Shown piece after piece: positions 16,485-24,002 of a stretch of 25,739 nucleotides of DNA (the first letter of the stretch is position 1; each line of letters opens with the position of its first letter). The stretch is taken from positions 1 to 25,739 of the forward strand of contig CBFGJR010000190.1 in assembly GCA_965649145.1 (NCBI GenBank), read 5' to 3'. Made by a program: the position numbers and the translations under genes. Below the pieces are notes generated by a model. The model saw only the letters and a program-made list of their open reading frames with translations, was not told the origin of the DNA and searched no databases. Origin of the DNA: a candidate division WOR-3 bacterium (GTDB lineage Bacteria > Hydrothermota > Hydrothermia > Hydrothermales > JAJRUZ01).

Positions 16485-17097
16485 TTTTACTATTTTTTTA
16501 ATTTTTTCAATAAATCCAGTAAAAGGGGCTTTTTTATCTTTCTTAATTCCGGGACTTGGAGAAAAAATCTATGGAAATAATAGAGAGTTTTATATGTTGA
16601 TAACAGGGGAGCTTTCCTTTTTATCTTTTTATTTTTATGATTACAAAACAAAAAGGGGAATAAGGGAAGACTACAAAATATTCGCTTTTCAAAAGGCAGG
16701 TGCTTATCCCGGTACTGATGATGAAAATTACTGGAATGCTGTGGAAAACTACTATAATTATGATATTTATTATGAACACCTTTTAAGAGAAGCAAGGGAG
16801 CTTTATCCTGATAATCCATTGGTCTGGGAGGATTATGCAAGGGAAAATTCTCCTCCTTACAGGTGGGCATGGAAAGATACAACTTCCTGGGATGAATTTT
16901 TGCATAGAAGAGAAAGGGAAAGAAAAATTGAATCAAGGATGAAACTCTTTCAGGGTTTTATAATTTCCTATCATATTTTTTCTGCCATCTACACATTCAT
17001 ACATCTAAAATTAAAAGAAAAAAATAAATTTGAACTTAAAGGAGAATTTAATCCTGAAATGAATAAAATGGGTATAAAATTAATTTATAGATTTTAA
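16477..17097 (+). CDS. Hypothetical membrane/exported protein (resembles the FCB-group DUF5683-like 'S..LPG.G..Y' family)
   Basis: Hydrophobic N-terminus, [16 protein letters not shown], two further hydrophobic segments; 8-nt overlap with gyrA. Confidence 0.5.
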   Translation: MFNFTIFLIFSINPVKGAFLSFLIPGLGEKIYGNNREFYMLITGELSFLSFYFYDYKTKRGIREDYKIFAFQKAGAYPGTDDENYWNAVENYYNYDIYYEHLLREARELYPDNPLVWEDYARENSPPYRWAWKDTTSWDEFLHRRERERKIESRMKLFQGFIISYHIFSAIYTFIHLKLKEKNKFELKGEFNPEMNKMGIKLIYRF

Positions 17098-17099
17098 AA

Positions 17100-17621
17100 T
17101 TGTATTTTATAAAAAGGGAGGAGTGGTTAAAAAAGGGTCTTACCGGTAGAATAAATAAGGTTTTAAAACATCCCTTCTATGTTATACATCACACAGCAAC
17201 ATTTCAGACGGAATATAAAGGAAATATAAACTATTTAGACAGGATGCATAAAAAAAGGGGATTTTTATTAATAGGTTATCACTTTATAATAGGGGTTGAT
17301 GGTAAAATTTTTGAGGGAAGGAAGATAGGAGAAGAGGGTGCTCATGTCAAAAGGTTCAATGATTCAATCGGTGTTGCGCTTATTGGAAATTTTGAAGAAG
17401 AAAATATTAAAAAGGAACAACTTGAATCACTTTTAAAACTCATGTTTTTTTTAAATAATAACTTACTTATTAACAGATTTACCTTTCATTTTCTTTTAAA
17501 TGAAAATACCTTATGTGGAAGATGGATTTATGGAAAAATAATAAAAAACAAAAATAAAAAATTTTTTAAATTTCCAGAGGATTTATTTTATAATTTATTG
17601 TGGGTTCAAACCCCTGAATAA
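17100..17621 (+). CDS. N-acetylmuramoyl-L-alanine amidase, Amidase_2/PGRP/T7-lysozyme type
   Basis: VIHHTA, IGYHFIIGVDGKIFEGR, GAHV, SIGVALIGNF, and later His (FHF) and Cys (TLCG) as candidate Zn ligands. TTG start is uncertain. Confidence 0.85.
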   Translation: MYFIKREEWLKKGLTGRINKVLKHPFYVIHHTATFQTEYKGNINYLDRMHKKRGFLLIGYHFIIGVDGKIFEGRKIGEEGAHVKRFNDSIGVALIGNFEEENIKKEQLESLLKLMFFLNNNLLINRFTFHFLLNENTLCGRWIYGKIIKNKNKKFFKFPEDLFYNLLWVQTPE

Positions 17622-17622
17622 A
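17589..17622 (+). promoter_or_regulatory. TATAAT box followed by a T-loop hairpin in the mdh leader
   Basis: TATAAT at 17589-17594; TTTATT-GT-GGG TTCAAAC CCC-TG-AATAAA at 17594-17622; SD AAGGAGG then ATG 17641. Confidence 0.6.
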
Positions 17623-17640
17623 AACAAGGAGGGAACTTAA

Positions 17641-18573
17641 ATGAAAGAAAAAGTCTATATAATTGGAGCCGGTTTTGTAGGAGCAGAGTGTGCTAACGAA
17701 CTTGCAAGAAAAGATTTCTGTGATATAGTTCTCATTGACATTCTTGAAGGAATTCCCCAGGGAAAATCCCTTGATATGACCCATGCAAACCCAATAAGAT
17801 ACATATCACCCAGTATAAAGGGACAGAATAATTATGATGGTATTGAAGAAGCAAAAGTTGTTGTTATAACAGCGGGTGTCCCAAGGAAGCCTGGAATGAC
17901 AAGGGAAGAATTGCTTGATACCAATTTCAATATTATGAAAAATGTAATTGGTGAAATAAAGAAAAAAAATAAAAATGCAATTTTGATAGTTGTTACAAAT
18001 CCCCTTGATGCTATGACCTATGCTGCCTATAAGTTATCTGGTTTTGAAAGGGAAAGGGTAATTGGAATGGCAGGTGTTCTTGATTCAACAAGATTCAGAG
18101 CTTTTCTTGCAATGGAACTTGGTGTTGCCTATGAAGATGTTTCAGCAATAACTCTTGGAACTCATGGAGATTTAATGGTTCCCTTACCAAAATATGCTAC
18201 CGTAGGGGGAATCCCAGTAAATCATCTTTTACCAAAGGAAAAGATAGATGCAATTGTTGATAGAACAAGGAAAGCAGGAACTGAGATAGTTTCCCTTTTA
18301 AAAACAGGAAGTGCTTATTATGCACCTGGTGTTTCAACAGCAATAATGGTGGAATCAATAATTAAGGATAAAAAAAGAGTTCTTTCGGCATCAGTTTTGT
18401 TAAAAGGAGAATACGGAATAAAAGATATATTTGTTGGAGTTCCTGTAGTTTTAGGTGAAAATGGTGTAGAAAAAGTTATTGAGATGAAACTTGAACCGGA
18501 TGAACTTAATGCCCTAAGGAAATCAGCTGAACATGTTAAAAAAATGCAGGAGGAAATAGATAGGAAGCTCTAA
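17641..18573 (+). CDS. mdh: Malate dehydrogenase (LDH-like type)
   Basis: IIGAGFVG Rossmann motif; ITAGVPRKPGMTREELL with the Arg that specifies malate over lactate; VTNPLD; LDSTRF; GTHGD. Confidence 0.95.
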   Translation: MKEKVYIIGAGFVGAECANELARKDFCDIVLIDILEGIPQGKSLDMTHANPIRYISPSIKGQNNYDGIEEAKVVVITAGVPRKPGMTREELLDTNFNIMKNVIGEIKKKNKNAILIVVTNPLDAMTYAAYKLSGFERERVIGMAGVLDSTRFRAFLAMELGVAYEDVSAITLGTHGDLMVPLPKYATVGGIPVNHLLPKEKIDAIVDRTRKAGTEIVSLLKTGSAYYAPGVSTAIMVESIIKDKKRVLSASVLLKGEYGIKDIFVGVPVVLGENGVEKVIEMKLEPDELNALRKSAEHVKKMQEEIDRKL

Positions 18574-18606
18574 AATTTTTTTCAGGCTGCGCTAAGAGAA
18601 AGCTCT

Positions 18607-19428
18607 TTAAACTAAATTACTTGCAAGACCTATCCAGGTTCTTAAAGCATAAAAAGCTTCAATTATGTCTTCTGCTTCATAACTTAAAGTTCTCGGTGAA
18701 ACTCTTTTTGTTTTAGGCATAATCTCAGCAATATCAGTCATGCCTGTATTTATAAAATCTGCTTCTATCCTTACTTTTCCATTTATTTTTAAAGGTTTTA
18801 TAACTTTATTTTTATATTTATCAATCGCCCCTTTTATGTTTAAATTTATTTCCTTTTCAATTTTAGGAAAAGAAAAATGTATTGCCGAGAATCTGCTTAT
18901 TGCCTCTTTGGTAATAACATACTCAATCTCGGGAATAAGTGTCCTTGCTTCCTTCACAACTTCATTATCCCCTGTTAAAAAAATTACTGGAACATCAAAA
19001 TCTCCTGCAACATAAGCATTTATAGCAAATTCACCTACAGGTAAATCATTTATTCTTACTTCATAGATAACTCTTCCAAAATAAGTATGGTCAAGAACCC
19101 CTTTATTTCCGGCTCTTGAGTGGTAACCTAAAAAAATTGCCGCATCACTTTTTTCAACACCTTCAACCATTGAGAGTCTCTTTAAATTTCCTGTGATTAA
19201 CCTCACATTTTCAGGGATTTCATCAAACAGTATATTCGTCATGTCTCCGTGAGAATCATTGACAATAATTTCTTCTACCCCATTTTTATTTAAAGAATTG
19301 ATAACACATAAAAGATGATTTGTCATCCATCCCCTTGCCTTCTCGTAATCTTTTCCTTCTCTTCTTGTATGTTCTAAGGATACAACACCTTCTATTCCCT
19401 CAATATCAATTGATATAAAAACTTTCAT
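18607..19428 (-). CDS. dppA: D-aminopeptidase DppA (peptidase M55)
   Basis: MKVFISIDIEG, VNDSHG, GYHSRAG and LDHTY metal-binding motifs. Confidence 0.93.
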   Translation of the reverse strand: MKVFISIDIEGIEGVVSLEHTRREGKDYEKARGWMTNHLLCVINSLNKNGVEEIIVNDSHGDMTNILFDEIPENVRLITGNLKRLSMVEGVEKSDAAIFLGYHSRAGNKGVLDHTYFGRVIYEVRINDLPVGEFAINAYVAGDFDVPVIFLTGDNEVVKEARTLIPEIEYVITKEAISRFSAIHFSFPKIEKEINLNIKGAIDKYKNKVIKPLKINGKVRIEADFINTGMTDIAEIMPKTKRVSPRTLSYEAEDIIEAFYALRTWIGLASNLV

Positions 19429-19605
19429 TCACTTAAATTTCAAAAGAAGTCCAAGGGGAATTAAAACTAAGTATCCAAGAACCATAAAGATAACTGAAAA
19501 GGTTTTATCACCAAGAAAAAGAAAAATAAAACCTATAAGGGCTGAAACCAAACCTGTTAATAAAAGGATATAATTTTCTTTTTTGTAAGGTAAAGTATTT
19601 TTCAT
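19429..19605 (-). CDS. 58-aa two-TM membrane protein, DUF3098-like; missing from the ORF track
   Basis: Manual translation MKNTLPYKKENYILLLTGLVSALIGFIFLFLGDKTFSVIFMVLGYLVLIPLGLLLKFK*; its TGA abuts the dppA ATG; TAAAAT lies 6 nt upstream of the ATG. Confidence 0.75.
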   Translation of the reverse strand: MKNTLPYKKENYILLLTGLVSALIGFIFLFLGDKTFSVIFMVLGYLVLIPLGLLLKFK

Positions 19606-19637
19606 TTTTTAATTTTACTAAAAAAGAAAATCAATTA

Positions 19638-21266
19638 TCAATATTCAAAGGGAACAAAATTTTTGTTTTTTATTTTATAAAATTTAACATTTTCTATAGA
19701 TCTTCCAAAAAGATAAAATTTGTAAGCACCCTTAAAGTAAATCAGGTTGTTTAAAAAACTTAAAAAGGAATAGGAGCCTCTAATATCTTTCTCAAAAGCA
19801 TAATTAAGAATATTACCAATATCATAGCCAATATAAGCTGCCTCACCTGGATAAAACCCATATTTTGTTTTAAATTCAGATAAAAATTTCTCAGAAACTC
19901 CTCTATCCCATATTCCAGAACTTGCAAAAATCACCCTATCTTCCACATACTTATTTGATTTGAGAGCAAAATCCTCTGTTGTAAATTTTCCTGTTGATAT
20001 AATTTTTGATTTCAATCCTTTAAAAACAATCTGGGAAGAAAGTGAAAGAAGAGATTCTTCTGTTCCTGCTGGGAAAATAATGATATCAGGTCCCAATGTA
20101 TCTTTAAAAAATTTTACCATTAAGTCAATTTTCCTCTGAAAGTCAGGCGAATCAGGTGAAAACATTATATAAATAATATCGCTTCTTTCTTTGAAGAAAT
20201 CATATAAAAAGGATAATATACTTTCACCCTCTTCAGTTCTTGGTACAAAAATAGAAATCCTTTGAAAGTTATTTGGAATTATAAACCTTTCCAGAATTGC
20301 TCTTATCTCCTGGTATGTAGAATTAGAAAGAGTCACAATATTTTCAGCAAACTCACAAGCTTTTATATAGGAAAGTGCAGGAACTATAAAGACTTTATCC
20401 TTTTTCCTGGCAAAATAGGGAAGGGCTGTATAAAGATTTTTACTTAAAATAGGACCAACTAAAATCATAAAATCAGAAGAATATAAAAGGTGATTTTCAA
20501 TTAATTTAAAAGTTTGAAAGGGGTCCCCTTTTGTATCAAAAAAACTGTAATCTTTATATTTGAAGGAAAGTTCAAAACCTTTAAGAAAATCCTTACCAAG
20601 AGAACTATCAGGACCGGTTAGTGGAAGATAAAGAAAAATAGAACCTCTTTTTTCTCTTATAAAAGGAATCTCAGTTTTTTTTCTTGTAAATATTTTTTCT
20701 ATTTCTTTTGTTCTTTCGTGTTCAGGATAATATTCTTTTAAAATATAAAAAATTTCTTCCTGTGCCTTTATATCCCCATCTCCTCTTGCTTTTTCAAAGG
20801 CAATGGAGAGCATTTCCGGGTATATCCTTTTATTTTGAAGTTTATTAAGATTTTTTAAAATTTCTCTCAATGAAAGGGATTCTGAAAGTTTAAGTATTTT
20901 CCCCTCTGATTCTCTATAATAGGGGGATTCTCCTTCACTAACAATTTCAATATAAGTTTCAAAGGCTCTAAGTAAAAAATTTTTTTTCTCATAACTTTTT
21001 GCAAGCATATAGAAGACTTGAACTTTATAATTACTTTCAGGATAAGTATTTAAAAATTTGTTTGAATAAACTATAACTGAATCAGGGTTATTTAGATAAT
21101 AATAAACATATATTAAAAGGTAAAGAGTTTTTTCATTTTTTTCTCCTTCTTTTAATAACACCTTTAACTCTCTTTCAGCATCTTTCAGCTTATTATTTTT
21201 TATAAGTTCAATTATTTTTACATCTGTCTGATTTAAAAGAAATAAAAGAATAAAAAATTTAAACAT
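19638..21266 (-). CDS. Exported TPR plus periplasmic-binding-protein type 1 protein (LpoA/LppC-like)
   Basis: Hydrophobic N-terminus; TPR-like helices (FLNTYPES, YMLAKSYEK, KEYYPEH); then LYLPLTGPDSSLG, DTKGDP, LVGPILS and AYIGYD of the type-1 periplasmic fold. Confidence 0.7.
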   Translation of the reverse strand: MFKFFILLFLLNQTDVKIIELIKNNKLKDAERELKVLLKEGEKNEKTLYLLIYVYYYLNNPDSVIVYSNKFLNTYPESNYKVQVFYMLAKSYEKKNFLLRAFETYIEIVSEGESPYYRESEGKILKLSESLSLREILKNLNKLQNKRIYPEMLSIAFEKARGDGDIKAQEEIFYILKEYYPEHERTKEIEKIFTRKKTEIPFIREKRGSIFLYLPLTGPDSSLGKDFLKGFELSFKYKDYSFFDTKGDPFQTFKLIENHLLYSSDFMILVGPILSKNLYTALPYFARKKDKVFIVPALSYIKACEFAENIVTLSNSTYQEIRAILERFIIPNNFQRISIFVPRTEEGESILSFLYDFFKERSDIIYIMFSPDSPDFQRKIDLMVKFFKDTLGPDIIIFPAGTEESLLSLSSQIVFKGLKSKIISTGKFTTEDFALKSNKYVEDRVIFASSGIWDRGVSEKFLSEFKTKYGFYPGEAAYIGYDIGNILNYAFEKDIRGSYSFLSFLNNLIYFKGAYKFYLFGRSIENVKFYKIKNKNFVPFEY

Positions 21267-21271
21267 ATTTA

Positions 21272-21277
21272 ATTATA
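21272..21277 (-). promoter_or_regulatory. -10 box immediately upstream of the LpoA-like gene (leaderless arrangement)
   Basis: TATAAT-TAAAT-ATG(21266); no SD. Confidence 0.5.
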
Positions 21278-21293
21278 TGAATAAGGATTAATT

Positions 21294-21325
21294 AAAATAA
21301 AACCCCTCCCATATCGGGAGGGGTT
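21294..21325 (-). terminator. Rho-independent terminator after the 573-aa secreted protein gene
   Basis: Perfect 10-bp stem AACCCCTCCC-GATAT-GGGAGGGGTT (21325-21301) followed by TTATTTT. Confidence 0.85.
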
Positions 21326-21351
21326 CTTAAAAATTGTAATTTACTCTTTAC

Positions 21352-23073
21352 TTATTCAGAAACAAGAAATTTGAATGTCCCTTCAGATGAACCCTTGTAT
21401 CTCAAGAAGTATACACCAGATTTCAAATTCTTAAACACAACCTCATTATTTCCAGAATTAACAAAAAGAGCCCTGGTATCAAGCTTCCTTCCGTTCTTAT
21501 CATAAAGTTCAAAAACCATTTTCCCATTGAAAGGTGAAATAAATCTCACTGTTCCATTTTTATAAATATTACCCACAAAACTGAGCCCCTTTCCTGTAAC
21601 AAAAGATTTTGAACCTTCCTCAACACCCATAAGAGGATAATAACCTGTGAGAATATAAGTCTGATCTATAGCGCCTAACCTGTATATACCATAATGAATA
21701 TCATAACCAGCCATTGCTCCATCCCATCCCCTTACAACATTAAAGAGAAGCCAAACATTAGAGCCTCCAAATACATGCTTTACCGTATGAACCTGATGCT
21801 CTATCTTGTCATCAGTAGGTTGATTAACCTCATCCCTTGTAATATTTATTGGCGCACTCCATGTCGCTCCTCCATCTGTTGAATACTTCACATAAATATC
21901 TGTCCAACCATACCTTGAACCATTCACATAATCAAAAGTATGATAATCAACATAGGTAACATAAAAAACATTATGAACATGGTCTATCGTTAATTCACAG
22001 TTCACAAACTGAATGTCCTCATCAGGGTCAATGACCGTATATGTCGCTGTTGGAGTCACAAGATATAAACCATTACCCGATACAAAAGTATCCGCTGTTC
22101 CAAAAATTATTGGATTAGTAAACAAACAGGTTGTTGAAATAAGAGCAACAGGTGTTGATGCATCTAAAAGCGCAAAATCCCAGTAGTTTGTCCACCAGAA
22201 TGCATCAACAATATGCGTTGAACCATCATAACCAAAAGTAAATGTATCAATAGGTATTTGTATATTAAGACCTATTCTTTGCCAGCTTACTCCATCATCA
22301 TATGAGACAAAAACAGAATCAGGTAAAACAAGGGCTGCATAAGTTCCATTAAGATAATCCATATTCCAAACTTCACCAGGATGACCAGGTATCACAGTTG
22401 CGGGAGGGTCTGGGTTAACAAACCCAAATTTCCACCACCATTGGGAGAAATAGTTATTATCAGCTCCTATCAACCAGTTCACATAGTTTGCAGGGTCATT
22501 TGAACCATGTGCAAAACTCTGAAAACCAACAAAAGGAGTAGTTTGATAATAATACTTTAAAATATTTCCCTGACCAAGGTCACCATTTGAAGGAACAGTT
22601 GCTATTGAAGCACCATAACCAGGAGAAACATTTGCATAACTCGCTATAAATGTATCACAGTCACCCAACCATGGACCAACCTGTGGATATCTACCGCCTC
22701 CATCATCATTATAAGGCCATACCCTATTCCATGTGGTACCACCATCTTTTGTAAATGTAAGAGCAAGCCATCCTGAACCTGGATAATTGGGATTATCAGA
22801 TAATCTTCTATATGTGAAAAATACACAGGATTGGTCGGGTGATGTATTTATAGGCTTTTCAGCAGTGTAAAGGGTTGAATACTGATTTGGCATTGTATCA
22901 ACATAGCTGATAGTCAATGTGGTGTAGGTGGGAGGAGACGCCAGATAGTAATCAAGGGTGCTTACAGCATCCTCATCTATAATCATATGAGTTCTTGCAG
23001 CAGGATTTATATAACCTGCAAGGAGGAATGTGGTTAAAAACATTCCTCCTAACATTTTTTTGAGGTAACTCAT
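21352..23073 (-). CDS. Secreted Asp-box/BNR (sialidase-like propeller) protein with a T9SS type-A-like C-terminal sorting domain
   Basis: Signal-peptide-like N-terminus; three Asp-boxes (TKDGGTTW, SYDDGVSW, STDGGATW); tail GVEE...ELYDKNGRKL...LKSGVYFLRY...KFLV. Confidence 0.7.
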   Translation of the reverse strand: MSYLKKMLGGMFLTTFLLAGYINPAARTHMIIDEDAVSTLDYYLASPPTYTTLTISYVDTMPNQYSTLYTAEKPINTSPDQSCVFFTYRRLSDNPNYPGSGWLALTFTKDGGTTWNRVWPYNDDGGGRYPQVGPWLGDCDTFIASYANVSPGYGASIATVPSNGDLGQGNILKYYYQTTPFVGFQSFAHGSNDPANYVNWLIGADNNYFSQWWWKFGFVNPDPPATVIPGHPGEVWNMDYLNGTYAALVLPDSVFVSYDDGVSWQRIGLNIQIPIDTFTFGYDGSTHIVDAFWWTNYWDFALLDASTPVALISTTCLFTNPIIFGTADTFVSGNGLYLVTPTATYTVIDPDEDIQFVNCELTIDHVHNVFYVTYVDYHTFDYVNGSRYGWTDIYVKYSTDGGATWSAPINITRDEVNQPTDDKIEHQVHTVKHVFGGSNVWLLFNVVRGWDGAMAGYDIHYGIYRLGAIDQTYILTGYYPLMGVEEGSKSFVTGKGLSFVGNIYKNGTVRFISPFNGKMVFELYDKNGRKLDTRALFVNSGNNEVVFKNLKSGVYFLRYKGSSEGTFKFLVSE

Positions 23074-23092
23074 TTGAAACCTCCTTTTTTAT

Positions 23093-23153
23093 AGGGAATT
23101 GAACCCTTTTTATTTTATGCTTAATTATAATCAATCATTCATTAATTCTTCAA
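23093..23153 (-). promoter_or_regulatory. Promoter plus T-loop hairpin upstream of the 573-aa gene
   Basis: TTGAAG (23153-23148), 18 nt spacer, TATAAT (23129-23124); AGGG TTCAATT CCCT (23107-23093); SD AAGGAGG. Confidence 0.6.
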
Positions 23154-23991
23154 TCTTCAAAAGAATTTTTATATGGGAAGTTGGGTCAAAGGGATTCTGT
23201 GGGTAATCATTCCAGCCTGAAAGTTTTAAAATATCAACAGCATTTCCATAAAGTTTTTCTTTAAAGAAGGCATAGGCAGCTGCACCAATAATATTTGTGA
23301 ATTTTATAAAGGGATAATGGGGGAAATAAAAAGCCCTGCTTCTTTTTGCAAGAGAATAAAGATATTCAGCAGCAAGGGAATTCTTCTTCTGAGCAAGATA
23401 TATAAAACCTATACCTGCCCAAGCCCATAAAAATTTATCATCTGTCCCCATCTGTGGTATATAATAGGTATAATCTATAAAAGTTACTGTATCAGGAGGT
23501 TTATCATTAAAATAAACAAGAGTATCATCAAAATAAAAAGGAATTTTAACTTCTGCGGGAGCCTCAATTACACTTGATACCCAGAGAATATTTCTCTTTT
23601 TTGTCCTTATAGCCCAATTCGCTCCGTAAGGAAGTGAAGGACCCGTTACTATTGTTGCAACTTCCTTAAATTGCTTTTCCACTAAGGAAATACCGTCAAG
23701 AGCAAGAATTAAAGAAAAATAAGAAAGTGCTGAACTTAAATCATTATTTTCTCTTTCTAAAAGCGTGTAACCTTTGCCAAGTACAGCTTCCCTATCCTGA
23801 AGATTTAAAGTTATAAGAGAATCAAACCAGAATTCAGCGCTTCCAAAATCACCTATATCATAATAGAACCATGCTTTTTTAAGAAGTTCATCTCTTGAGG
23901 GTTCAGGTGAAAATTCGGTCTCTACTTTTTTACAGGCTGTTAGAAATATCATAGAAACCATAATTAAAGATAAATAGTTCTTCATTTTCAT
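23131..23991 (-). CDS. Predicted lipoprotein with TPR-like repeats
   Basis: MKMKNYLSLIMVSMIFLTAC lipobox; TPR-like segments KAWFYYDIGDFGSAEFWF...AVLGKGYTLL and WAWAGIGFIYL; SD AAGGAGG. Confidence 0.7.
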   Translation of the reverse strand: MKMKNYLSLIMVSMIFLTACKKVETEFSPEPSRDELLKKAWFYYDIGDFGSAEFWFDSLITLNLQDREAVLGKGYTLLERENNDLSSALSYFSLILALDGISLVEKQFKEVATIVTGPSLPYGANWAIRTKKRNILWVSSVIEAPAEVKIPFYFDDTLVYFNDKPPDTVTFIDYTYYIPQMGTDDKFLWAWAGIGFIYLAQKKNSLAAEYLYSLAKRSRAFYFPHYPFIKFTNIIGAAAYAFFKEKLYGNAVDILKLSGWNDYPQNPFDPTSHIKILLKIEELMND

Positions 23992-24002
23992 TTCAAACCT
24001 CC

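Noticed and set aside
18583-18594. TAGCGCAGCCTG (minus strand), resembling the start of a tRNA D-arm, in the mdh/dppA convergent gap
   Set aside because: It is only 12 nt, the rest of a cloverleaf is absent, and there is no second copy, so it is likely chance. The neighbouring AAGAG-AAAG-CTCTT hairpin is also too weak to call as a terminator.
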